DNA of 64,000 bases, taken from Octopus vulgaris. Its lineage: Eukaryota. The notes under the pieces are model-generated. The model had not been told where the DNA came from. It saw nothing but the letters and a program-made list of their open reading frames with translations, and ran no database searches. How positions within the stretch are numbered: the first letter of the stretch is position 1; every line of letters begins with the position of its first letter. The stretch is from positions 41,292,001-41,356,000 of the forward strand of contig OX597822.1 of NCBI GenBank assembly GCA_951406725.2, written 5' to 3'. This document shows, piece by piece, positions 12,705 to 26,439 of the stretch. The translations under genes were made by a program, and so were the position numbers.

Positions 12705-13014
12705 GTCCCTGTGTCCAACTGATACTTATTTGTTTGAATTCGAAAGGATGAAATGCAAAGGAGCCCGCGGTGGAATTTGAACTCAGAACGTAAAGCAGAT
12801 TATAAGATATACCGCTAAACATTTTGTCCAAACAAAATAATTCGTTTCGTTTCTACTCTAGGTTCAAGGCCTGAAATTTTGGAGGAGGGGGCCAGTCGAT
12901 TAGATCGGCCCCAGTACGCAACTGGTACTTAATTTATCGACTCCGAAAGGATGAAAGGTAAAGTCGACCTCGGTGGAATTTGAACTCAGAAAGTTTCCGC
13001 CAGCACGCCGCCAT
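12705..13014 (-). mobile_element. SINE family A copies
   Basis: AAAGTCGACCTCGGTGGAATTTGAACTCAGAA is the reverse complement of the family A core; two adjacent partial copies. Confidence 0.75.
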
Positions 13015-13673
13015 ACAAACAAAATAATTCAGTAGCTCAAGGCAACTGAAAGTGATGGGAGAAAGAGTATAGTTTTTGGTTGGTCCCTATTGTATCAATT
13101 TTGGACAACTGAATGAGTAACGGAGTTGACTCTGGTGGGACTTGAACGCTGAACGCAAAGGAAAGTAACTTAGATGCCGCAGCAGATTTTATCCAGTGAA
13201 GTAGACAGGTATGTAAATTGTAAAATAACAATTGACAAAACTAATAAATGTCTAGAAATGTCTAATAAATGACAAGAAATTCGTCTGAGACGACACGGGA
13301 AGAGAAATAAGAGGAGGAAAAGGGAAAGGGAGAAGAGGGGAGAAAGGCAAGATGGCGTCAGATGATTTTTACAAAGAGAGAAGGAAAAGAATTAAAATTC
13401 TTCAGTTGTCTGAGATACAATCGGTTGATGTGAGATGGCAGAGGGTGGTGTGGTGGTGGTGGTGGTGGTGGTGGTGAAGAAGGTTGGTTAAAATAGAGGA
13501 GAACGGGATGACAAGGCCTGGGAGTGATTATGGGAGGGAGGGTGATAAAGGGCGGGGGTGCGGTGAAGGGCACCGACAAAGTAAAGGATTTGAATGTGAA
13601 ACAGAAGGGAAGGTGTGTGAGTCATAGTTTGTAGGTGTTGGCACTGGGGACTGCGCGCGCGAGAGTGATGTGT

Positions 13674-13724
<51 letters not shown>

Positions 13725-13857
13725 CGAGAGAGAGCAAAAGACATGCAGATAGAGACAGAGGGAGAGATAGAAAGAGAGACAGACAGACATGATCAGTGAC
13801 ATTAAGAAAAATACACCCGCGCACACACACCCACACGCACACAAACATTAGACAGAC

Positions 13858-13945
<88 letters not shown>

Positions 13946-14294
13946 CATAGATTTTCTACCTTATAGTCTCATTCTCTGTCTCTCATCCACAGTTTGTGTG
14001 TGTGTGTATTAGAGAGAGAGAGAGAGAGAGAGAGAAAGCCGAATCATAGGTTTGGATTACATAGGATTAAGTCAACAAAATAAACAGTAACAGAATCACT
14101 GATGTGGTGGCGATGATGATGCTAGTGGTGGTGGTGGTGGTGGTGGTGGTGGTGCTGCTGCTGCTGCTGCTGCTGCTGCTTGGTGGTGGTAGTTCATGAT
14201 GCTATAGAAGTTCCTATGAAACTGCAAGCAGTAGGGTTCTTACAATTGAAAAGTGGTTTCATAAGTCTCCCACTTTCTGTGTGTGTATATATAC

Positions 14295-14356
<62 letters not shown>

Positions 14357-14539
14357 AGAAATGAGGTACTCAGAAATACGGATGGTTTATATTTACAGAT
14401 ATTTATTGGTATGTTATATGTTTTTATACATCATATATCATATATATAGCGCTTTCGTCCATTCTAGTGGAGTCTTCAAATTGATGTATGTATGTATGTA
14501 TGTATGTATGTATGTATGTATGTATGTATGTATGTATGT

Positions 14540-14589
<50 letters not shown>

Positions 14590-14914
14590 CTAATCTATTG
14601 ACTTCTATCTCTAGCAAAGCTGGTACTTTTCCAGTACCATCACGATTTTAAAACTTCCCTGTTCGGTTCACGCCACTAATATTATTAACTATTTATTAAT
14701 TATATATTTATTAGCTGTGTGGTAAATAGCTTGTTTATCAACCACATGCTTCTGTGTTCAGTCCCACTGCATGGTACCTAGAACAAGTGTCTTCTACTAT
14801 AGCCTTGTGAGAGGATTTGTTAGACGGAAACTGAAAGAAGCCCAACGTATATATGTATGTGTGTGTGTATGTTTGTGTGTCTGTGTTTGTTCCCCCACCA
14901 TCGCTTGACAACCG

Positions 14915-15042
14915 AATGAGATAAAAATCCATGGTCTTACAGCTGTTTCCGGGATATGTATAAAATATCCCGGAAACAGCTGTAAGACGTTCTGTTTATA
15001 TATGTTCTGAAATCTTTCACAGCCTTGGATTTTTATCTCATT
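14915..15042. repeat. Foldback with perfect 24-bp inner arms (14934-14988) carrying GAAACAGCTGTA
   Basis: GTCTTACAGCTGTTTCCGGGATAT-gtataaa-ATATCCCGGAAACAGCTGTAAGAC, plus 17-bp outer arms at 14915-14931 and 15026-15042; truncates a family B SINE (~14715-14914). Confidence 0.9.
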
Positions 15043-15173
15043 AAAAAAAATTTTTTTATATACACATGCTGACATATGACCTACGTTGGACTCCTCATTC
15101 GCATAATCACCGAACCTGGAGCTTAATTATAGTCTGTCCATAGCACTTACTCAGCATTACCTGACACCTTTAG

Positions 15174-15233
<60 letters not shown>

Positions 15234-16259
15234 ATATATATATACATCCTTTTGTCTTTGACTTGTTTCTGTCATTAGACTGCGGCCATGCTGGGGCATT
15301 GCTTTGAAGAATATCTTTAGCCGAATGAATCAACCCCAGTACTTATTCTTTGATAAGCCTGGTACTTATTCTATTGATCTATATTGCCGAACACACACAC
15401 ACACACATATCTCTCACACACACACACCACCACCACCAACACCATCACTAGTTTTGAAGAATTTCATATAAAATTGTGATGCTAAATAATCTTTTTTTAT
15501 ATCTCATCATATTTTATATCTAATTATATGCATCAGAATAAATTGCAATGGTTTGTTCTCGACTGGGGGACTGACCAGGAAATATTAAACATGTGTATCC
15601 CCTGTAACAGTCTAAGTCGTTAAGTTTACTACTTCTATGTTTACCTTGAAATTTATTGTATGAATTACTTTCTGTTGTTTTCTAGTTTAATATCTCGTGT
15701 TAATAACAAGATTTTTCATTCTGCCGTTATTGTAATCTTTCCTAAGTATAAGTTTGTGGTTAGTTATTGAAGCCTGTTTTGGCGACAGCCCTTTTTAGCA
15801 CTGGAGCAAATATACACACACACACACGGTGAGTGAGTATGGTAGACGGAAACTGAAAGAGGTCCATCGTATGTGTGTGTCAGTGTTTATGCTTGCCCCT
15901 CCCCCCAACAATTTTTGACAATTGGTGTTGGCTTGTTTATATCCTTGAAACGTAGCGGTTTGGCAAAACTAACCGATAGAATAAGTAGCAGGCTTTGAAA
16001 ATAACTACTGGGTTAAATTGTTCGACTAAACCGTTCAAGGTGGTGCCCCAGCAAGGTCGCTATCCAATGACAGAAACAATTTAAAAATGTGTATGCATGT
16101 ATGTGTATTTATGCATGTACATATATATATATATATGTATGTGTATATATGTATATATATACTATGTATATGTATATACATATATGTATATATGTGTGTA
16201 TATATATGTGTGTATATATATGTGTGTATATATATGTATACATTCTTTTATTCGTTTAT

Positions 16260-16648
16260 TCTTTTATTTGTTTCAATCATTTGACTGCGGTCATGTTGGA
16301 GCACCGCCTTTAGTCGAACAAATCGACACCAGGACTTATTCTAAGCCTAGTAATTATTCTATTGGACACTCCTTTTGACGAACCGCTAAGTTACGGAGAT
16401 ATAGACACACCAGCATCTGTTGTCAAGCGATAGTAGGGGCGCAAACACATGCACTCACACGCACACACACACACACACACACTCTCACATATATATGTAC
16501 AACGGGCTTCTTTCAGTTTCCATCTACCAAGTCCACTCAGAAGGCTTTGGTCAGCCCGAGGCTACAGTAGAAGACACTTGCCCAAGGTGTCACGCTGTGA
16601 GACTGAACCCTGAACCATGTGGCTGGTAAGCAAGACACTCTTGCACCA
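16260..16648 (-). mobile_element. tRNA-derived SINE family B, near full length
   Basis: Reverse complement of the family B sequence at 17755, with an internal CA/TA microsatellite. Confidence 0.85.
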
Positions 16649-16854
<206 letters not shown>

Positions 16855-16911
16855 ATGTGTATATGTATGAATGTTTATATATATACATATGTATGTATGC
16901 ATGTATATATG

Positions 16912-16945
<34 letters not shown>

Positions 16946-17258
16946 CTTTTCTCTTTCTCTTTTTTCTTACAGAGTAAACTACGACTGACTCCCACTTTCT
17001 TGGTAGCAAGGTTTGAAGAAAAGTATCTTCCTTCAACTGTCATCCTTTAAATCTTACGAAGGTCTTGCAGATTTTTATAGTCCCAACTATCGTGATTATT
17101 TGTAGCATACGAATTAAAGATTTGTATTCTTTCTCCAAGATCCCAAGTTCCGCCATACTTTGCTCCAAACGTTTTGGTAGGTACCTGTTGCTCCAATAAT
17201 TATAAATATGGAGCTGAAAGCGTATAGTGGATACTGGATTTATTTGTATGTGTCTATA

Positions 17259-18595
17259 CGATGTGGTATCAAAAGTTCCAGGACTAGTTATGTTTAATAA
17301 AAAAAAAAAAATTAAACTCAATTTTAATATGATCTCATTCGAAATAGTCCCCTTGTGCACCAATGCACCGGTTCCAGCATTTCTGCCACTTTTGGAATCC
17401 GGCCAGGAAGTTGTTTTCCGTAAGCTTGTCTAGGACCTTTTGCAATTCGCTCTGGACATCGCCAGCGGTGTTAAAACAGCGACCTTTGAGCTGCATTTTC
17501 ATCTTGGTGGGAAGAGATGGAAGTCCGCAGGTGCTAAATCTGGTGAAAAGGGCAGGTGCAGAAGCAATAGCATGATGTTTTTGGAGAGAAACTCACAAGC
17601 GAAGAGATTTCATTGATAGGGTGCATTGTCATCGTGAAGAATTCAGTTCTTTACGCTCAACAGATGCAGTCGCTTTCTCCTCCCTCAAACACTTCAAAAC
17701 GTCGCAGTGGAACTCTCAATTGGCAATCTGGACCTGGGGGATGAATTTCTTATGCACAGGAGAGGCTGTGTGGTAAGTAGCTTGCTTACCAACCACATGG
17801 TCCCGGGTTCATTCCCACTGCACGGCACTTTGGGCAAGTGTCTTCTACTATAGCCTCGGGCCAACGAAGGCCTTGTGAGTGGATTTGGTAGACGGAAACT
17901 GAAAGAAGCCCGTCGTATATATGTATATGTATATATATATATATGTATGTGTGTGTATATGTTTGTGTGTCTGTGTTTGTCTCCCCCCAACATCGCTTGA
18001 CAACCGATGGTGGTGTGTTTATGTGTCCGTAACTTAGCGGTTCGGCAAAAGTGGCCGGTAGAATAAGTACTAGGCTTCCATATAATAAGTCCTGGGGTCG
18101 ATTTGCTCCATTAAAGGTGGTGCTCCAGCATGGCCGCAGTCAAATGACTGAAACAAGTAAAAGAGTAAAAGAGAATAGCACATTTTAGGTTGTGACTCTC
18201 GTGGAAGGTCTTCCAGACCGCTCATCGTCTTTCAGGGCCGTTCTTCCGCTTTTAAAGCGCCCGTGCCACTCAAAACATTACATACGACCCATAGCCTCGT
18301 CGCTGTAAACTTGCCGAAGCATGCTCAATGTCTCTGCGGCAGACTTCCTAAGTTTAGCGCAAAATCTCACGTTGGCTCTCAGTTCCAACTTCCTGTCCGT
18401 GACAAAATCGTAGACTACAGCATACACGTGATCGCAAAAAACACAAATTTCGCAACCTACGAAATAAACACAGCGATGCCACTCGGCACGCTGTCTCATG
18501 AAGTTCACCTCTAGCTCTTACTGCGCACGCAACTGTGGGCTGCCATCTGTTGGCGCGCAACAGAACTAGTCTGAGAACTTTTTAATACCACCTCG
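17259..18595 (-). mobile_element. Internally deleted mariner element with TIRs and TA target duplication; transposase pseudogene
   Basis: TIRs CGATGTGGTATCAAAAGTTCCAGGACTAGTT and CGAGGTGGTATTAAAAAGTTCTCAGACTAGTT, with TA on both sides. Minus-strand remnants RANVRFCAKLRKSAAETLSMLRQVYSDEAM...DDERSGRPST and LHDDNAP...PFSPDLAPADF...WNRCIGAQGDYFE; stops and frameshifts present. Confidence 0.92.
17755..18175 (+). mobile_element. SINE family B (GGCTGTGTGGTAAGTAGCTTGC...) nested in the mariner
   Basis: Full-length copy: tRNA-like head, CACTTTGGGCAAGTGTCTT core, internal microsatellite, tail GACTGAAACAAGTAAAAGAG. Confidence 0.9.
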
Positions 18596-18759
18596 TATGC
18601 ATATATTCATGCATAGCAGTGATGTAATTCCAGTGGAATGCTATTTACAATTGGTGGTAGGAAATAAGAAAAATCTGTAGAAATAGACTACAAAATAAAA
18701 TCGCTGTCAGAAAATACATCATCAGATGCCCCCTGCACACACTCACCCCTTCCTTACCA

Positions 18760-19575
18760 CTATCATTATCACCATCACCATCAATAGCACCACTACAACC
18801 ATTATCATCACCATCATTATACATCTATAACAACCATCACTACAACCATCATGACCATCACCACTACTCCCACAATCACTACCACCATCACCACAACCAC
18901 CATCACCACAACTACAATTCCCACAACCACCGTCATCATCACCATTACTCCCACCATCACTACCACCATTACCACAACTACAATCCTCACAACCACCATC
19001 ACCATCACCACTACTCCCACAATCACTACCACCATCACCATAACCACCATCACCACAACTACAATTCCCACAACCACCGTCACCATCACCATTACTCCCA
19101 CCATCACTACCACCATCACCACAACCACCATCACCACAACTACAATTCCCACAACCACCGTCACCATCACCACTACCTCCACCATCACTACCACCATCAC
19201 CACAATCACCATCCCCTCAACTACAATCCCCACAACCACCATTACCACCATCACTACCATCACACTCACTACTCCTACCACCACAACCACCGTCACCACA
19301 AGCACCATCACCACAACATCCATCATCACCACCACCATCACCGCCATTCCCATTATCATCACCATCACTACTATCAACACCGCAATCACCATCGCCACCA
19401 CCACCACCACCATTACCATCACTATCACTGCCATCACCACCATCACCATTTCCACCATCATTACCACTACTTCACCACTACGACTATTGCTAACACCATC
19501 AACACCAACCTGACGGCCACCTTCACTACCACCACCATCGCCATCATTAATACCAACACCACCACCATTACCATC
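18760..19575. repeat. Compound (ACC/ATC/ACT) low-complexity repeat with longer internal subunits
   Basis: Recurrent ACCACAACTACAATTCCCACAACCACCGTC block; gives Thr/Ile-rich (+) and Val/Met-rich (-) ORFs. Confidence 0.85.
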
Positions 19576-19730
19576 CGGCTAACTGAAAGATTGTATCAGT
19601 TTTTTTATAAAAATAGATGGACAAAACTTAATTATATGCATTACATATAGTCACTGTATGTATGTATGTACGTATGTATGTATGTATGTATGTATGTATG
19701 TATGTATGTATGTATATATGTTTGTGTGCT

Positions 19731-19762
<32 letters not shown>

Positions 19763-19867
19763 TGCGCATGGCATGTGTCCCAAAATGATGTCAGTTTTTC
19801 AAATAGAAAACATGTTTAAACAGTGTTTAACTCGTGAAACATTTATGTTGATGCGGTGCGTGCGTGC

Positions 19868-19926
<59 letters not shown>

Positions 19927-20488
19927 TGTGTGTGTGCGTGAGCGTGTGTACGCCCGCACACGGCATGCTTGACACACACGCGCACACACACATGCTAACG
20001 TAATTCAAATGTATATGTGTGTGCATGTATGTATATATACGTATAGATGTATATATGCGTGTATGTATGTATGTGTGTGTGTGTCTGTGTCTGTGTGTGA
20101 GTGTAGATGTGTATGTACATACATATGCAGACTTCTATATATATATTAATATAAACATTGACATTATTTTCCTGCATTGAACCAAATTTTCCTGTTGCCG
20201 TTAATATCAGCAATTTTTTTCCTATTTATTATATAAGAGATGTGATACAAGTTTGTAATACCCACAGGACATCAACTGTATCAAATATTTACCCACAATA
20301 CAACAGTTTTGAAACAAACCATTTATCAATAATATGACATGTCTTCTCTTTATAAGTACTTTGGAGGATGAAACTTTCTCTGCCGTCAATAAACAGCTTT
20401 CTATGCACTTGCGGAGTACAGTTTCTTATATACTCTTAACTTCAGCTTTGCGATGGAATGGAACGAGGAAAAAAATTAAGTTTATGAC

Positions 20489-20556
<68 letters not shown>

Positions 20557-20746
20557 CAGCAGCAGCAGCAGCACTAGTAGTAGTAGCACAGCAGCGGTAG
20601 TAGTAGCAGCAGCAGCAGCACTAGTAGTAGTAGCACAGCAGCGGTAGTAGTAGTAGTAGCAGCAGCAACAGCACTAGTAGTAGCTCAGCAGCGGTAGTAG
20701 TAGTAGTAGTAGTAGCAGCAGCACTAGTAGTAGTAGCACAGCAGCG

Positions 20747-20783
<37 letters not shown>

Positions 20784-20862
20784 CAGCAACAGCACTAGTA
20801 GTAGCGCAGCAGCGGTAGTAGTAGCAACAGCAGCAACAACACTAGTAGTAGCAGTAGCAGCG

Positions 20863-20920
<58 letters not shown>
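20489..20920. repeat. Compound (TAG)n/(CAG)n repeat
   Basis: Repeating block (TAG)n(CAG)nCACTAGTAGTAGCACAGCAGCGG. Confidence 0.9.
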
Positions 20921-20921
<1 letters not shown>

Positions 20922-20923
20922 TA

Positions 20924-21047
20924 ATGGACAGGAAGTTGGAGCAACGACCCAACGTGAGATTTTGCGTTCAAGTTAGGAAGTCAGAAACATCGAGCATGCT
21001 TCGGCAAACTTACAGCGACGAGACAATGGGTCGAATACAATGTTTTT
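20924..21047 (+). pseudogene. Mariner transposase N-terminal fragment, same family as 17259-18595
   Basis: MDRKLEQRPNVRFCV...SMLRQTYSDETMGRIQCF matches the 18.3-kb copy in opposite orientation. Confidence 0.8.
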
Positions 21048-21776
21048 GTAGGCCACCGCCTTGAAAGGTTTAGTCGAACGTATCGACCCAAGTAGAAATT
21101 AAGAAAAACTTAACTATTGTTAATTATGGCAGATAACGTCTCTGAATATTCTATCCCATGTAGTAATAACATTGTAGAGAATAGCTTCTATGTGGTGCAC
21201 TTATGCCTAAAATCTCATTCGTTGTCCAACAATGTATTCACTACTTCGCTGGTTGCAAGGAACTGAGCTGGCAGAACCGTTAACACGCCGGACAAAGTTC
21301 TGAGCGGCATTTTTTGATGGAATGCCGATTACATTTTCTACTCCTCTATAACTCCAAACGGAATGACCACAAGAACTTCTGGATTATATTCATTTAGCTA
21401 AGTATAACATGTGAAGTAGTGAAGGCGCATAACCTAGTGTTCATGGTATTGCACTCACGATCGGAAGATAGTGGTTTCGATTCTCGGGCCGAGCGGTACC
21501 TTGTGCTTTTTAAGAAAAATACTTCATTTCGCGTTTCTCGGTGGTCACTTCAATATCTAACGTGAGGAACACCGTCCACCTGCTACAGGCAAAGTCCATT
21601 GAGTAGACGGAGTGATAAAATTAATGTACAAACATTTGGTCACTATAAACAAATTATCTGGGCAGGTTGTCCAGCAAGAAATTGCAGAAAAATAATCTGT
21701 CGTTTACCAGAAGAGTCCAGTACTGCCACCACGTGAAGGACCCATATAGGAATAATAATCATATATGGCGAATACT

Positions 21777-22666
21777 CTGATTTTGTGCTCTCTAGGTCGT
21801 CATTCTCCTTTCAGTATCATATATTGATTTTGTACTCTCTCGGTCTTGGCTCTCCTTTCAGTATCACACATTGATTTTGTACTCTCTAGATCGACGCTCT
21901 CTTTTCAGTAGCACACATTCATTTTGTACTCTCTCGAACTTCGCTCTCCTTTCAGTATCATACATTGATTTTATACTCTCTAGGTCGTCGCTCTCCTTTC
22001 AGTATCAAACATTGATATTGTACTCACTCGGTCTTCGCTCTCCTTTCTGTATCATACATTGATTTTATACTCTCTAGGTCGTCGCTCTCCTTTCAGTATC
22101 ATACATTGATTCTATACTCTCTAGGTCGTCGCTCTCCTTTCAGTATCAAACACTGATTTTTTACTCTCTATGTAGTCGCTCTCCTTTCAGTACCATATAT
22201 TCATTTTGTACTCTCTAGATCGTCGCTCTCCTTTCTGTATCAAACATTGATTTTATACTCTCCAGGTCATCGCTCTCCTTTCAGTATCATACATTGATTT
22301 TATACTCTCTAGGTCGTCGCTCTCCTTTCAGTATCAAACATTGATATTGTACTCTCTAGGTCGTCGCTCTCCTTTCAGTATCATACATTGATTCTATACT
22401 CTCTAGGTCGTCGCTCTCCTTTCAGTATCATACATTGATTCTATACTCTCTAGGTCGTCGCTCTCCTTTCAGTATCAAACACTGATTTTTTACTCTCTAT
22501 GTAGTCGCTCTCCTTTCAGTACCATATATTCATTTTGTACTCTCTAGGTCGTCGCTCTCCTTTCAGTATCAAACACTGATTTTGTACTCTCTAGGTAGTC
22601 GCTCTCCTTTCAGTACCATATATTCATTTTGTACTCTCTAGGTCGTCGTTCTCCTTTCAGTATCAT
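21777..22666. repeat. 47-bp minisatellite, ~19 copies
   Basis: Consensus CATTGATTTTATACTCTCTAGGTCGTCGCTCTCCTTTCAGTATCATA, head-to-tail with no spacers. Confidence 0.95.
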
Positions 22667-22993
22667 TCTTATTTACCATGTTGCATAGCATTCTGAGGCC
22701 TGTGATAGTGGAAATATATTCTGGCAATGTCAGTTTGCTATCTGTGATGGTTACACCCAGAATTTCAAGTTGTTTTTACATAAATTCTTTGTAATTACCA
22801 GAATGAAATTCAAGTTTTTGAAAAGGCTATCAAAAGATTTCGTGCTTTGAGAGTTGAAATGTCACCTCCCGTCACCTCCTCGAGATTCATACAGACTCAC
22901 GCACAAAAACACGCAAGCAAACATACATACCATACAGAAAGAAACAAACATATATATGCACATACACGCATACACACACAGGAAAAGATGTAT

Positions 22994-23035
<42 letters not shown>

Positions 23036-23363
23036 GAAGAGATGTACGCATACACGTTCGAACACCCACAAACATATATGCACATACACACGCGCACACA
23101 CACACACACATACACTCATACATACACTCATACATACACACATGCATACTCATACACATATACATACGTGCTCACATACTTGCATACACAAACATACATG
23201 CAAAACACTCACACAGACACACACATATACTCACATGCTTCTACACACAATCACACACACACATAGTTATGTGTATATACATAATTTTAGAGAATGTAAT
23301 GGTTGAATATATGCATGCTTATGTATGTGTTTATGTAGATATGTGTGCGTGTATGCATGTAGG

Positions 23364-23423
<60 letters not shown>

Positions 23424-24579
23424 TACATATACATAGATGTTTATATATATATATACACGCATGCATGTATATATAAACATATATATGCATATGTATGCGT
23501 GTGTGTGCACGTGTGTATATTTATGTATACACTTACACACACACACACACACATATATATATATGAGCGTGTGTTTGTATGTATACATATTTATGTATGA
23601 ATGTATATATATATATATGCATATACATACGATGTGTGAATGTGTATGTGTGTGTATGTATGTATGTATGTATGTATGTATGTATGTATGTATGTATGTA
23701 CGTACGTATGTTGTGTGAATGCGTGTGTGTATGTGTACGTACGTGAATAAGCAAGCAGCAGACAGCACCAAAGCCCAACAATTCCTAATTCCAAGATGAA
23801 AGGAACCGACAGCAAGAACTGTCAAAAGAAATTAAAGTTGAGTTGCTAAGTATTTCCTGGCCGTCGGCATTCAGCGAAACATCTTGCCGCTAGATGGCTC
23901 CACTGAGCTTAAATCGCGGCATTGCTACTTACGACCGTATGTTTGACGCAGCCTTCAGCGATTTAGGAGTATAGCTGCTACTTTCACAAGGTGTGAAATG
24001 GCGTTTTAGTAATAGGGTCTCCTCTAAATGAATCAGCTCCCGTTCCTGTGTTTATTTAATCGCTAGGAGCTTATTTTTTTAAAGTGTTTCCTCTGGTCTT
24101 CCCATAGCGACAGTGTGTTTGGTTACAATAACAAAATATCGCTTTCTATAGACTTGCATTTACATCTATGTGCGTGTGCGTGTGTGTGTGTACGAGTGCG
24201 TGCGTGTGCGAGCGTGTGCATGTATGTGTGTATGAGTGTATGAGAGTGTGTGTGTATATAAGTTATCGAAGCATATGTGTATGTGTTGGTGCGTAAGCGT
24301 ATGTGTGCGTAATGAAAATGCGTATGTATACACACACACGTATATATATGTATATGTAACTATCACTATGTATATATTGTTTGTGTACGTGATGTGCATG
24401 TGCGTGTATGTGTGCGTACTAATGTCCATGTATTTGTATGTCTATTAATGCACGTATATAAACAGACGCACATGTGCATTGAGTGTCTTTATCGATACAC
24501 ACAATATTCCATCTTTCCCTCTCTCTCTTTCTCTGTATATGTGTGTGTGTGTGTATGTGTGTGCGTGTGCATGTGTGTG

Positions 24580-24642
<63 letters not shown>

Positions 24643-25038
24643 TTGTGTATAGAAACCACATTGGTACCATGCAACCGCTGAAGATCATTAGGTCGAAGTT
24701 GAACAACTTCCTGTTGGTGTTGTAATCGTCAGTGTATTTCACAATGAACTATAAAAAATTAAAGAAGTTCAGCAACAAAATGGATTTAGGCATAAATCCA
24801 GTTAGATCAACTGTAAAGCTACATATAACCTTAAAAATATACTTATGCAAATATACAAAGATATGCTAGACATACATAAATACACACGCTCGTACATACA
24901 CGCATGCATACACATACACAGGCATAAAATGCATACATACATACACATATACACACATAAGTGCATACATATAGTAGAAAAATATAGTGGGGTGAGGGAG
25001 AGATCTGTTTGTAAATGTATATATGTGCATGTATGTAT

Positions 25039-25600
25039 GTATGTAAGTCAGAAATTATCCGCACTTTTGCCATAATATATCTTTATTATCGTCACACTGC
25101 TTTCTGTGCCTGCGCGTTTATAGTCGGTACTATTGTGGTCAATTAAGAGCAGCGGTCCGAGAAATGATAATAGTGAACTGGTTCACCATTACCATCTCTC
25201 GAACCCGCTGAATCTTCTTGTCAGAGGTGGAGGTTGGCGGGCGTCCTGCTCCCTCTTCATGCATCATGCTTGTCCATCCACTTTTAAACTTCTCAATTCA
25301 CTCATTCACACTTGCACGCGGTATTGTACTAAAAGCCATCGATGAATTTCTGCATCTGACTGACACATCTTCCGACTAGAGAAATCGTATCACTGCTTTT
25401 TGTTCTCCTTCGGCTCACATTGCTAGTAGAGCGGCCATGCTTACACTGTAAAGCCAGAAAGAAAAATGGCGCGATCAGACTCAAACTTCGATCACGTGAT
25501 CACAATAGTACCAACTATAGGTACGTATGCGCAGAAGGTAGTGTGACTATAAAAAATATATGTTGTAGCGAAAGTACGGATAATTTTTGATTTCCCATCG
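25039..25600 (-). mobile_element. Deleted mariner element (second family)
   Basis: Imperfect TIRs (AAGTCAGAAATTATCCGCACTTT / AAATCAAAAATTATCCGTACTTT); minus-strand EQKAVIRFL...AEIHRWL...IEKFKSGWTSMMHEEGAGRPPTST is a mariner HTH region with stops. Confidence 0.82.
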
Positions 25601-25669
25601 TGTGTGTGTGAAAATCCTTATAGATACACACACACATACACACTCACACACATACACATATATATATAA

Positions 25670-25704
<35 letters not shown>

Positions 25705-25761
25705 TGTATGTATGTATGTATTCATGCATGTATGTATGTATGTATATATATATATATACAT

Positions 25762-25911
25762 AGGTGCAGGCGTGGCTGTGTGGTGTAGCTTAATTACCAA
25801 CCACATTCAATCCCACTGCGGGGCACCTTCGGCAGGTGTCTTCTAATATTGCCTTGGGCCGACCAAAGCCTTGTAAGTGAATTTGGTAGACGGAAACTGG
25901 AAGGAACCCAT

Positions 25912-25980
<69 letters not shown>

Positions 25981-26186
25981 TGTGTGTGTGTGTGCTTGTC
26001 CACCCCCCACCATCACTTGACAACTAATGCTGGTGTGTTTACGTCCCTGTAACTTAGCGGTTCGGCAAAAGAGTCCGATAGAATAAGTACTAGGCTTACG
26101 AAGAATAAGTCCTAGGGCCGATTTGCCCGACTAAAAAGCTGTGCTCCAGCATGGCCACAGTCAAATGACTGAAACAAGTAAAAAGA
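25762..26186 (+). mobile_element. SINE family B
   Basis: Matches the family B head, core and tail; internal (GT)n. Confidence 0.85.
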
Positions 26187-26215
26187 ATATATATACATAT
26201 ACATACACACACGTG

Positions 26216-26315
<100 letters not shown>

Positions 26316-26439
26316 TATATAAATACACAACTATCATTATAAAAGAAAAAAATTTCTTAACCAATATGCTGAACAATAGACACAAACATCGTTTAACGAC
26401 ATCAAATATTTTCACTTTTATTATTACACCATGTGTCGA

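Noticed and set aside
17040-17180. Possible 3' end of another RLE LINE (LQIITIVGTIKICKTF)
   Set aside because: Too short, and no catalytic motif visible.
18817-19513. 220-aa Thr-rich mucin-like ORF and its Val/Met-rich antisense ORF
   Set aside because: Open on both strands because of ACC/ATC repeats; no signal peptide, splice sites or non-repetitive coding flank.
21777-22666. CRISPR-like appearance of the 47-bp array
   Set aside because: Units are contiguous with no unique spacers; eukaryotic context and no cas genes.
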